Both the position numbers and the translations under genes were made by a program. Below the pieces are notes generated by a model, which did no database searches, was not told where the DNA came from, and was given only the letters and a program-made list of their open reading frames with translations. DNA of 64,000 nt from Ptychomitrium polyphyllum. Taxonomy: Eukaryota. The stretch is taken from NCBI GenBank assembly GCA_973851085.1, contig OZ316776.1:1798001-1862000 (forward strand), read 5' to 3'. Each line of letters begins with the position of its first letter. Within the stretch, counting starts at the first letter, position 1. Shown in pieces: positions 39,503-52,701 of this stretch.

Positions 39503-42500
39503 TCATCTTTGCTCGTGCATCCTTGGCGCTGGCCCCCGGCTAGCCTGAGCTGCCTTGCCCACCGTCGGCGCTTCCGCCAAGCTTCTGCTCTCGTCACCCG
39601 GGCACTGCTCCTCTTCCCCGCCGCCCGTTGCAAGCATCGAGGACAGGTTCACCACCGTCGAATTGCAGAAGAAACACCGCTGGTTGTTCAGAAGATGCCG
39701 GGATATACACCGCTGGCACGACATGTGCTTGCACGGCAGGAACATGGTGTCCACTTCACAGGCATAGCAGATCGTGCACGTTTCCTCCCGGTCCATCATC
39801 GCTACGCGCCCTACCACGCCTGCACCCACCACAAACACGTCAACCATGCCTCGCTTCTACACCCTGCTATCCTGTGCTTGTCGGAACGCCGCGCATGCAC
39901 TCAACGCACCCACAGCGACGTCCATATCAACACTCCCCACCACCAAAACACTCCACCCGGGCTTACGTCCAACATGGTGGAGCCGCGAGTCCTGGACGAC
40001 ACGGGCCTCGCGACGCACCGCAACACAAACCCACTCACCGCTTCCGACACAACATGCACGACATCCCACCTGAGGCTGAACTCATCGTCTCCAGGCCATC
40101 CAAAGAAGCTCGTCTCCTCGCCTCTTCCGCTACCACCTTCAGTTTCGAAACGAAGTGCTTCAGATCCGATATCCTTCTGATCGACGGATCGCCTTTGAAC
40201 GACGCCTCCTGCACCACGCCCGCCCATGCGTCATCCCTCGCCCACTCGACACACGCCACCCGAGATACTATTGCCTACGCTTCGCTGCCTCACCGTACTG
40301 GTCGACTCATCACGAACGGCACACACCATCCCATCCGCGCCCATCGTCCACACAAACAGTGCCACGCCCAATCGTTGCGACCGACTGTGTCGCCTGCATC
40401 CTCACGAGGACTCCTCCCACACATGGACGCCAAACACTACGACCACATGTGCCGGAGAACCGCGCACACCAGATCCATCACAACCACCAAGGGTCAGACC
40501 CGAGGCAGAATCCCACGCCCACGGTTCACGACCCTAGCCCGACATTCCCCATACTCGCGACACACATCTCACGCACTTCTCACTGCGCTGCACTCCATAC
40601 CCACCTCACTGCCGTCTCCCACCGCAACCACTGTCCAGGGGACCTGGCCACTGTGTCGGGGGATCCGACACCTCCACACACATCGCATCGACCCTTACCC
40701 AGCTGTAGTCCACCAGGTACTGGAAATTCGCAATCACTGATGCTGACACGTCCACGCTGGACAGGACGCCCGCCATGTCGTACGCCGTGCCCTCGCTTTG
40801 TGCCGGGCCTGCGCTCCTCAGATTCAGCACGATCCCCACCAGGGGCGCCAGGATCATCGCCCTGTTCACCTTCTCCAAGGACTGCCCTTGCTGCCTCACC
40901 GTGCTGACATACATCCACACATTGCGACCCACATGTCAATCGCGCTTCCCACCCAGCCTCAACAGACCCGACATCACGCCCGACTGGCCCCTCCTCGCAC
41001 CGCTCATCCGCCTCTCCACTAACACACCCAACCTCCCACCTGCTCTACGTTCCCCGCATCCCACCGCACACCTCCTGCGTCCACTTTGCTCACCTGTCGA
41101 AGAACTGGGCGTCCGCACTCCATGTCGTGTGGCTCAGCACGAATGCGATCAGCTCACACAGCCGCACCAGATTGATCTCGGGCCCCTGCAAGAACGCCTG
41201 TGGCAACTCCTGCGTGAAGAACTCCACTATCCTTTCCAGATTGCACGACAGTTCGAACATTATCGTGCACTTCCTCTGCTGCAGATCTGGCACCTGCTCT
41301 CGGACCACACCCAACCAAACCCCACGTTCAGTCCCACCACAAGCCCAACCGCACCTCCACCCGCTTCCACCCCGCGCGTTGCTGCCCCGGCTGCGCACCT
41401 CCCTACACCATCACCGTACCCGTCCCATCCAGCACACACAAACACACCACTGCCTCACCACCACCGTCCAGCAACTCCCACACAACCGTGTTCCACACAC
41501 CAAATCCCCTCGGTCCACAGCCATACAGGCACGCAGCACAGACGACCACGCGTATCACAACTCCCGCTGGTTGTGCGCGCGTAGCCGTCTGTGCTGCTTC
41601 CGCCCTCCCGACCACTGCCACTGCACCCGCCCGTCTCCACGCCTACCTGACGTAGGTCCGAGTGCTCTTGCATCTCCTTGATTGCCACTGAAAACTCCGT
41701 TATCGTCCAGTTCAGCGTGTTGAACAGCCGATTCAGAAACGATCCCAGCAGCTTCTCGTCGCTCATGCACTTCTCCTTCAGCAGCCGCTGCAGCCCACTC
41801 CCACCACAACGTCAGCCTCCCGCGCCCACCTTGCGCATCAACATCCACTCCCCACCTCCCACCCGCTCACCCCGCGCTCATCCCCTTCCCCTCCCCACAC
41901 CCCACCCTCTCACCCACCTGGAAGTGCGGGGAGAAGGACTCCCCGTGTGACAGGCACTTCGACGCCCCGAACCCCGACCCCTTGCACAGCCGCAACAGGA
42001 TGTTCGACACCGGGATCCAGAACCGGTTGTCGAAAGACGCCAAAAGCGACCCCACCATCCCCTCCCGGGCTGCTTGGCTCCGCTCGAAAGCGATCACGTG
42101 CTCCTTGTACTGCACCAACACCGATATCGACTGCAGCAGGATATCTCGAACGTCCGAATTCGCTATTCGCCCGTCGCTGAAGTGGGTCACCAGAAAGGTC
42201 ACCTGGACAAACGTCACAAACGTCAGACTCTGCACGGACTCCAGCCACACCCACGCACGCCACCTCCCGCCTTGCCCATGCACCCGACACTCCACCAACC
42301 ACACCCGACCCGACCACACAACACAACGCGGCACAGAGAGCGGCCGCCGTACCAGCGGGGACAGGCCTTGCTGCAGGAGAGAAGAAGGCGTCACAAACGG
42401 AGGGTCGCTCCTTCGCAGCGCATGGAAAGAGTCCACCTGCCCAAAACAAACACCCGCACGCCATTACTGCACGCCCCGGACACGCTCCACCACACCCCAC

Positions 42501-45500
42501 GTCTCACACCAACGTCAGCTACGACACATCACGTCCCCGGACGGGGACGCGCCCACCGCTTCGCAACCCTCCCCCCCCGAACACCAAACACAACACACCC
42601 ACACACGTCTGCCCTCTCGGGCGGCCACGCACCAAGGTCTCCACGTAGAACTCCGGAACGAAGCTGAAAAGTGGATCCTTCTTGCTCAGAACCAGCAGCA
42701 GTTGCACCAGCCACATGCACGTCGCATACATCCCCCTCAGCTTCCACCTTGCAAACATCGTCACGCGGTACCTGCACTCGCCACCCCGCCCTCGTCAACA
42801 CCACAAACCAAACACTACGGACCACACACACCATCCACGGCTCGCCATACCCGCTCCACGACACTCCCCAAACTTCCAAACGCCCGAGGCACCACACAAC
42901 ATCCACAACCCGCACACGACCTGCTACTCCCTGCTCGGACGACCGACATACCACGTACACTGCCGCACGCAATCGATCATGTCCTCCCTGTACACCGTCC
43001 TCGCTTCCTTCAGCCGTTTCAGATACTCGCTCGACGTCTTCTCTCCGCGTATCTGCCGATCCGTCTCGTCCAGCTGGGCGATCGACTGCATCTGGTGCTG
43101 CATGTAATATGACGCCTGCACCAACGTACAAACCACACAGCAGCATGAGTCGGTACCACCTCAAACCCGTCCCACACCTCGTCCGACCCAACTCCGTCGC
43201 CTCCTCCCCCCACGCCACCCACTCACGTTGCCCCGCCGCCCTGCAAAGGAACCAGCCCCACCACCACAACCGCACAATGTCCACACCCTCTACACGACCA
43301 AACACCGGCTCACCGGACAGGGACCATGCCACGGCCTACTCCACCCCCAATCCGCACACGGACACCGCACGCCAACCCCCCGGAAACCATTCACACCACT
43401 CCTCTCCCTCACACCACGGCCACCACAATCATCTCGCCCAACAAAACACCGCCACGCCTCTGCTCCACACCGCGCCCCGGACCGGCACCACCGCCACAAA
43501 CTCACAACGCCCTCTACCACGACCACTGCGCACCTGCTTGAAGTTCTGGGCGAGCCCCAGGTGGTACAGCAGCAGCATCACGTCCAGCAGCTCCTCCTCT
43601 CGTATCGCCTCCGACAGCTCCCTGATCGGCTTGAACCCCTGCCTCTTGTTGTAGCTCCGCGACACCGGACCCCCTTCCAGCCCCATGTCCACCCTCCCGC
43701 TCGAGCTCGGCTTGTCCTCCACGCACCCGTCGCAGCTCCGCCCGCTCGTGTAACTGCTGCTGATCGGGCTGCTCGCCCTCTCGCTCACTCCACCGGATGT
43801 GCTCACCGCCGCCATCTTGCTCGGCGCCCGGACTGGGCTCTTGCTGTCGCTCGCCAACCCGCTCAGCGTCACGTCCGAGCAGCACGCTGGCTTCAGCTTC
43901 CCCCCGTGCCGCACCACGTTCTCCCCCTCGTCCATGCACCCCTCCTCCCATTCCACGTCCGCCACGTCCAGCCCCACCGGATACATCTTCACCAGGTGGC
44001 TGAACGTTCCTCCCAGCCGAGCCAAGTCCGTCGCGCCCGACTCCTTCACGAACGTGCTCACGGGAAAGCTGCGCTTGCCCACCCTGCGCCCCCAACTCCA
44101 CCCACACGTCCGTCAGACGCACCCTCGCCCACCCCACCCCACCCCACCCCCGACGCTACCGCTACACATCTGCATCACCACAACATCACGCACACCGCCA
44201 TTGCCAACCCACCCATCCCCCGCGCCGCCCCTCCCAAACAGCACGCCGCCCCTCAACCTCACGCTGCACTCCAATCACCTGTGGAGGAACCCCGCACACT
44301 TCTCTCGCTCCTTCCTCCCCTCGCCCCCATCGCCGTTCGCCTTGCCCGGCCCGAACCCCTCCGACAACAGCCGCAGCAGCACGCAGTACGTCGACACCAG
44401 CACGGAATTGTCCGACAGCCCTGCTGGCGCCATGCTCCGGTTCGCCCCCCGGTTCTTGCACACCAGGTTCTGCAGAAACCTCCGGAACACCACGCCCGGA
44501 ACCGGCTGCGGCAGCTCTGCGCTCGGAGGCGGGACGAACTGGAGGAGCCGACTGCACAGCTCCCACTGCAACTCCTCCACCTGCATTCCACCTCTCCCGT
44601 CAGCTCACGACCACCACCTACGCCTCTCGCACCCTCATCCGTGCCCGACCGCCACGCACCGCATGCCCACATCACTCCCACATCCCTCCGCCCCCGACAC
44701 CACATCCGCGCTCTCGGCATGGCGCAACCCGCCCACCACGACCTCCCGCACCATGCCCACGTCCACATCCGCGCCCCCGGAACTGCGGAACGCGCTCGCC
44801 CACACATCCCGTCATTCCACACAAGACACCCTACCGACACAAACACGCCCGTCCCCGACCACGCGCACGACCGTCCCACTCGACCACGCACGTGCCCACC
44901 CCCCGCCCCATGCCCCCGACCACGCACCTTCACTATCGCCTTCGACAGCGCCGTCGCCGCGTGCCTCATCTTCCCCTCCGAGCACAGGTCCTCCCGAGAC
45001 CCGGGCCACCACACTATCGGCATCAGCGCCTCCAGGTCATTCTTGTTCGGCCCCTTCCGCGTCAGCAGCCCCTCCAGGCACGCGTCGAACCCCTCCCACG
45101 TCCACCACCACACCATGAACTCGTACCGCTCCAGCAGGTGGCATGCCAGCGCCAGATGACCATACGGGCCCGTGTAAGGGTGGTCCGCCAGCGCGAACGC
45201 CGACGTCCGGCACCCGTACGCCAGCGCCTCCATCATCGTCGCCACCACGGCCCCGCCCGCCACCTGCCTCTCCAGCCGCGGCAGCAGCAGCTCCAGCGCC
45301 TGGTCCACGCTCGGCGCGTCGTGCGGGGCCTCCACCCTGTGCATCTCCAGCAGCGCCGGCACCAGCGCGCCCCATATCACGTACTCCCCCGCCACCCTCG
45401 CGTCTCCCTCCTCCCGCCCGGGCCCGCCCACCAGCAGCGGCACCAGCAGATCGCACACCTCCCCGCCCACCACCGACGCGTCCTCCTCCGTCAGCTGCGC

Positions 45501-46520
45501 GTACCGCCGCAGCCTGTCCGCCGGGGCCATCGCCGCCGCCACCTCGCGGCTGCCCAGCTGCACCAGCCTCTGCAGGCACCCCAGCAGGAACTTCGCCCGC
45601 CCGCATGCCGACTCCGTCCCCTGCCCGCCCCCGCCCGCCGCCACCCGCGGAGCCGCCTGGATCGCGCCGAACCCCTCCACGGGGTACCTGAACGGCCTCC
45701 CGCCGAAGTTCAGCTCGCACCGCTCGCCGTGCGACAGCGAGATCGCCGGGTAGTACCCGTCCTGCGCCTCCACCGCGCGGATGTCGTCGTACGCCACGCC
45801 CAGGCACGCGCCGTTCCTCCAGAACGCGATCTGCCTCCTCTCCAGGTCCAGGCAGCACCCGATCACGTCGCCCGCCACCCACGGCTGCCCGTACGCCGCA
45901 TGGCTCATGCTCCACTTGCACACGCGCTTCCCGTCGTACGCATACGAGTCCGCCGCGTCGCCCACGCCCTCCTCGTTCGTGAACGGGCACGACATCGTCG
46001 CCCACCCCAGCTGCTGGATCCCCGCCGTCCCCAGCGTCGCCTCGTACATCCACCGCCCCTTCCACACGCACGCATTGGCGCGCGCGCTGTTGAAGATCGT
46101 CTGGCTCTCCAGCTGCAGCATCCTCCTGTCGAACCTCATGTCCCCGCACCCGCCGTCGCCGTCCATCGCCACAATGCCGTCCCCGAACGGCCTCTCGCCC
46201 ACCACCACGCCCTCCCTCCGCGCGCCGCCGCCCGTCCACCCCGCGTCCCCGCCGTCCTCCATGCCGCACACCTGCGAGCACAGGTACGATCGCACGCTGC
46301 CCGCATCCACCCTGCCATCCCTCACCAACCACGCCTCCGACCCCGCGCACGGCGCGTCCAGAACGTGCGCCAGGGTGCGCTCCAGCCCCCACTCGTCATG
46401 CATACAGGCCGCGACCACCACCCCGACCTCGCTCTCCTGCTCATCCAGGAGCGCTGCCAATCCGGTGGACCTCGCCCTCTGCAGCTGCCGCCCTTTCCGC
46501 GGACCCCCGTCCGCCCACAT
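39503..46520 (-). CDS. RKP: RKP / KPC1 (RNF123)-like E3 ubiquitin ligase: N-terminal SPRY, helical middle region, C-terminal C3HC4 RING
   Basis: About 12 exons (approx.): 46520-44928, 44580-44279, 44083-43534, 43115-42951, 42771-42636, 42435-42352, 42201-41918, 41788-41647, 41292-41094, 40906-40698, 40205-40070, 39820-39503. SPRY (FNSARANACVWKGRWMYEATLGTAGIQQLGWAT...GVGDAADSYAYDG...YYPAISLSHGERCELNFG); DSFHALRRSDPPFV; FLNRLFNTLNWTITEF; RING CTICYACEVDTMFLPCKHMSCQRCISRHLLNNQRCFFCN. The track start 46568 is GTG; the first in-frame ATG is 46520. Confidence 0.92.
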
Positions 46521-49500
46521 CCTTCGAGCCCTGCTCCCGCCCTCCACCACTACGCTGCTCCCCGCCACACGGACATCCCCCGCGCCCAGTCCCTGATACC
46601 TCCGGATTCAAATTTTGTATCCCCGACCTCCAGCTGAGTCTCCTCAGCCAGCCAATCTACTGTCGCTGGAGACGCCCGTGATGGAAGAATATCACAGTTA
46701 CTTGTACAGTTTTGCAAGAATCTACTGCGCTGAAGGCTTTTTGTAACAAAGGAAATACCTGCAGACGGGCGAACCACATCTTTCAATATCACAAGTCAAG
46801 GGTTCTCAAACAGAAAAGAGATATCAATCAAGTCTTGAGAGTTGAAAGCTCTGAATAATCGTCAAAGTTCTAGGGAATTCATTATCATAAGCCGGGACGA
46901 AATTAAAACGAGGCAGACGAATCTTGGTTCGCCATCATCGTGATGGACTTCTAAAGAAGTAATTCGATTTCTCGCTTGCTAACATGCGCGTGGAACTCAA
47001 AACCTAACAGGGACCAGGAAAATGATCGTCGTTGTGAAGTCTACGGCGTTGAACCTCTGTGCGCTATGCGCGCAGAAAACCCTCAGAATTCGACAAGGAA
47101 CGTCCCCATGGGGGAAGTTTATATTTGGACGACCACTCGCGACTCTAAACTCAAAAATCGGAGGAATGAAGATCAGATGAGAAGGAAAAGTGCAAAGCAT
47201 CTGTCTAAGCGAGGTACCGTAACAAAGACCCTAAAATCAACACACAGTGGTTAGCAACCTCAAAAGGACATATACGCCATGTGCCTATCCGGCTCTCAAG
47301 CTCCCATCCCGCATCATGATCACTCCCCAACCCCTCGCTACCTTCCCACCACTCCACCAACCCCTGCTCCCATGCATAGGGTTCATCTCTCCGAAACTCC
47401 ATCACCTCCACAACATCATCACAGCCCCCATGAAAAAAGCCAACCACCCTCTCCCGCTCACTCCTGTCTAAAACCAGCAAACCCAATGACTTCCCAAAAG
47501 CTCAAACCAAAATCCAACCCACGGATGCATCTGGTTCACAGTCACTCCAAACAAAACTGCAACCATAGGCCATGAAATGAAAATCTCACCCACCTGAAAC
47601 GATCACGCGCGGTACACTGCAGCTGCATAGCCTAAGCGCAGCCTCAAAAGCAGATTCTCAGTGGCGCATCAGACGAGATGAGATGCGGCTTGAGAGAGCG
47701 TGAGGAGACGAACATGGTGCATCCGAGATGCGGCGACCACGTGAAACCATCCGCAGGAACAGCCCATCGCATGGCATCCCCACGCGAGCGAGCGAGCGAG
47801 CAAGCATCCGCACTTTCGCTCTTCCCTGGCGCCCGCTTTGCCTTCCACCCAACTTTGTGGTCCACTTCAGCCCTGATTCCCACCGGCGCTTTTCCGCAGG
47901 GTTCTGTTCCGGGGCTGCGTTCACACCGGCTGCGGTTGAGCGGTCCGGCGCCCGCGGGCTATGTTGGGGGAGCCGTTCGCCTCCGCCAATTGGCATTCGG
48001 GTTGACATGTTGTAGGGGTTCCGTGTTGTATTCGGAGCGCCGCTGGCTGGTGAAAATCTCGAGTCGGTCACCGTGATGGACTTGCTCTGCAGTGCCGTCG
48101 GGAGCGTGAGGGGCTTTTGCGTCTTCCATGAGCCTGGAATGGTGCGTCTGGCGTTCCGGATTTAGGTCTCTTGGCGAAAGGCTCGAGAATGATCGTATGG
48201 AGTGCTATAACCGTGCGTATGGAAGTAGTAAACTCAAGTCATTGATTACTAGCACATCAATGATCATATAATATTATACAAACAGTGTTGTTGGATTTAT
48301 TGTAATGAAAATTCCCATTTTGGCACACACGCTCTATTTTCATCTTTAAATATACACATTTTAAAAGCATGATAACATTTTAAAATAAAAGGATTATAGT
48401 TTTGAAAGAAGGTTTTTTAAAATGGTTCATGCAAAATGTTATACCACTTTGTAATCTTCTTTGAGGCATATAACCTTTTCAAGAGCTTGATTTGCTAAAC
48501 TTAATTTGAATTTTTATTAAATTAATAGTTTTTGATAGAATCTTATAATTCTTCAATACCTTTGCATATGTGGAAGAAATTTAATTATACATCAAATATA
48601 ATCATTTTAGAGCTATTTACCAATAATCATTTCACTTTTCAAAATTTTAATTTTATAATTCCAACTTTTCTAAGAATACTTTATTTTGAAAATTATTTCA
48701 AAAACATATATTTTTTAAAATAATATAATTCAAACATATGAATTACTGTTATTTTATAATATTTGCATTGTAATCAATTTTTCATCAAATATTAAGAATT
48801 ATGACACTTGGTGGCCTTGTTTTTCAACAATTGCTTTGTTAGATGTATTTTGATATGTTTATTGAATTACACTAATTCAAAGTCTACATAGATGTAGCAT
48901 AATATGCATTATTCAAATAATGGTGGCAAATTTTGGAACATATGTAAATAGAGTTTTAATACATATGAGTATTTAGATCAAAGTTATTGTATTTATTATT
49001 CCAAAAGCATAAAACTTTGTTTTTAAGTTACAAAAAAAATAAAATTTAAAAACAAAATAATTTTAAAATTTAAACTTCAAAAAAAATAACTTCATTTCAA
49101 AATTTCATTACACTTTGAATTATTACAATGCAACATTCAAAGATTTTATTGCAGGACTATACAACAATTATAAAATATCATTTTTAAAAACTACAAAAAT
49201 TTAAATAATTATTTTCTTATATACAAAAGTGATTAATATAATATTAATTTAAATTTGGAAGATTGATGCTATTGGAATGGAATTGTTATTTCCATTTGTA
49301 TGTCTATTCCTTTACTACCAAATTTTTTTGGATTTGATTAAAATCTTATTGTTATAAAATACATACAACCACAATAAGTGAAATTATTAAATTGTAAAGA
49401 ATCAATGTGTCTATAGGAATTTTAGACACATTAATGATCTTGATTTTTGCACAATTAAAGATATATTATATTATAAATTATGAATATAAAATTAATTGAA

Positions 49501-52500
49501 TTTTGTAAATGTATGTAAACAACATTCAAAGTATTATTAAAAATTTTATATTCTTAAAAAATGTCAATTAGGATTTTTGTCTTAAAATGAATATCTATAA
49601 ATATATAAGGAATTTTAAAAGGTTATAAATGCCTTTGATTATAAATTGCAAAAAAATTAAAAAATTAAAATACAACAATGGTTTCTTTAATACATTTAAC
49701 ATTAATATTTTTTTTTTAAAAATTCAAAATCGAAAAAGATTCTAATTAAATTGCATTTTAATAATGAAATCCTTACAAACCATTACAAATATTGTTCTAT
49801 ATCTTTTTCTTTTCACAATCATGTATACAAGCTTTTGTTATTAGAAATTATTTCTACTAACTTTTATTATTGTATTATTACGTTGATGGTTTTAAATGAC
49901 ATTGTGTTATTTTATTGTCATTATAAATAACGCTCAAGCATAAAAGTGTAAGTTTTCAAAGAATGTACAATGATTAAATATCTTACTTTCCTTCATGTTC
50001 TACAAATATTAACATTTGACTCATTTGTATAATTTTAAAATGGATTGAAGATTTTATTTATTAGTTTAGAACATTCATTTTATATCATTAAAGCAAAATA
50101 TGGTGACTTTTGTTAATAACATACTACCTATTTATTGATCTAGTTTATAAAAATGTAGATTCATAAGGCATATATTGATTTATTATAATCTAAATAGAGT
50201 CAAAATTCCAATTGCATGTGAAGTTTGTGCACTAAGTTAACATGAATGTATGTAAACCTTTGTATAATGGCCTGTACTACTTAAATAAAATCATTTGCAA
50301 ACCTTCTATTTGTAATGTTAAATGTTTTAACTAATAAATTAAATTAAATTAAAAAATTAAGATACATAGTTTGGTTATTTTATTATAAAATGAATTTAAA
50401 TACACTATTATTTTTTCATTCACAATGAAAGAAAGAATTTGAATGTTTTATTTGGCAACAATTCAATAATATTACATACTTGTATTTTTCACTTTTCTTA
50501 AACTTCCTTCTATTATTTTGTTTTGGTTACAAATCATCACAATCATTTACTAAAAATTGTGTTATATCATTGTAACATAATAGTTTTAAATCAAAATTTG
50601 TGATTTGCATGCACTAATTGTATGAGTAAAATTTCTATATTTATATAATAATTTCAGTTATACAATTTTGACCAATTCATAAAAGAATCTTAAATATATT
50701 TCAAAATACAACATCCTTAATGTCATATTAGACTAATTTTATAATTCAAATTAAATTTAAAATATGAAGTAAACAACATATTAGTATTTTATTAGCTATT
50801 GTAATTAAACAAATAATTCTTATTTATACGTAAGTTACTTTGAATTTTAGTTTTTTACTTGATTGACATTAAAGAAAACACATAAAGCAAAAAATTGAAA
50901 AAGATATACTATAATACTTCAAATCTATAATATATTGAATTTTCATAAATTAATTTTGAAATTAACTATTGAAAAAATCTTACAAAAAAAGTATATTTAT
51001 TCATTATTTAATGTTCATTGTTTCATGCAAAGTTTTTCATTCTATTGCTCAAATAATTAACTTCCAAAGATTGTTATTTCTTAATATTCTTGTAAATGAA
51101 TGCAAAAAATATTAAGCCATTTTGTCATTTATTATTCTAATAATCTATTGAAGCTTGTGGAATCTTGAGTTTTCTTAAGATTTCTTAATTAGGTTTTTGG
51201 AAATTAAATGTTTATTTGATGCATAAGCTAAATTCAAATGTTCATTGTTGCAAATTCACTTAAAACTTCTTATAAGTTTTTTTTCAATTTCCAATAAATT
51301 AAAACGATTTTGTAAGGTTATTATTTCTTCTCTATTGTTTATGGATTAATAATAAAAGGTAGAAACTCACACCACCTACAACAAAAAATCTTTTCAATGT
51401 TATATTTTCATTCACTTTATTCTTTAAATTCAATTTTTCTCAATTCATATAAATTCTTTGGTTTAATTACTATTTATATTCATGCACTTTAAGTATTCTT
51501 TGCAAATTATTATGCATGTGGTTTAATTACTTTGAATACCTTGCTATATCTTTAACTATTACTATTAATATTACCAATATTTCACTTATTCTTGTTATGT
51601 TTATAAAGTTTGTAGCAATCAAAGTAATTAATCTTTTATTTCAAAATTAGAAATTCAACAATTAATGATTAGAAAAGCATGTGGTAGTGACATTATAAAA
51701 GCATAGATATACGTTAATTAACAAAATGCAATTTTCAACTTTATATTAGATAAATACTAACTTAAAATAGAAAAAATCATGTAATGTCTCTAACCATCCC
51801 ATAACATTCAATGGTTGCTAATGCCCTTTGTGCTAGTAACAAATTGCAAAGACAATCTTGTCATTGCCCATATTAAACATTAATTTCTTTTCATTTTCTC
51901 TTATGTGTATAATACCATGATCATTGCATACAAAATCAACATTATTATGGCACCAAGGATGTCGAACATACAACACCAAATGTCAAAAAATAAATATCAT
52001 ATTTAAGTCCTTTCTAAAGCAAAATTTGTCAATTGTGATTGTATTGTGTAAGTTATCAAAACATGTTTCTTATCAGATTTACAGGTTCAAAAAATGAAAG
52101 TTATTATGGCAATGACAAATAGCTACATATAGTAATCATTTAAAGTAACAGGTGTGATAAACAAAATTGACGGCACCAAAAGAACAACACTAACAAGAAG
52201 CACACCATTGTAACTAAGCCTCTCTGATTAAACAAGAACAGCTCTCTGAGATTCATTCAAGTTTGTAAAACCTAAAAAAACATACAAAAGGTAAACATTT
52301 AAGTGAAATTCCTCAATACATGAATCTCAAACATGTGAATCTGATTGGTATCATTGATCACTCAGCAAATACGTCTTCTGAAAGAGCAAAACAGCTAACA
52401 CCTTCAAGACTTCCACAAATATAAAAACCATCTACATCAAAGAAAAATGCAAATCAAAGACTTGCACACTCTCGAGGTGCTAAGAATCATGCTTGCAAGC

Positions 52501-52701
52501 TTCCAATATCTAACTTCCTCTTGTAAATCTAAAAAAATAATACTCCCAAAACTAAACATAAACATTATACAAACAAAAGACAAAGTCCTTCAAAACGAAT
52601 ATACAACTTCCCCGACTGGAAACCAAGCGGTAATCCCCATCCTAATACCCACGAACCAGTACAACAATAAGTAGCCAAAGCATAAAAAGCAATCACACCA
52701 C

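Noticed and set aside
39190..46637. Many long + strand ORFs (310-643 aa) antisense to RKP
   Set aside because: Expected from ~70% GC and C/A skew, which deplete stop codons; the products are low-complexity P/H/T/R strings.
48200..52150. Very AT-rich spacer (also ~14700-16900, ~36100-38100, ~59900-61400) as transposon remnants
   Set aside because: No LTR, TIR, TSD or transposase/RT motif visible by eye; a repeat-library search would be needed.
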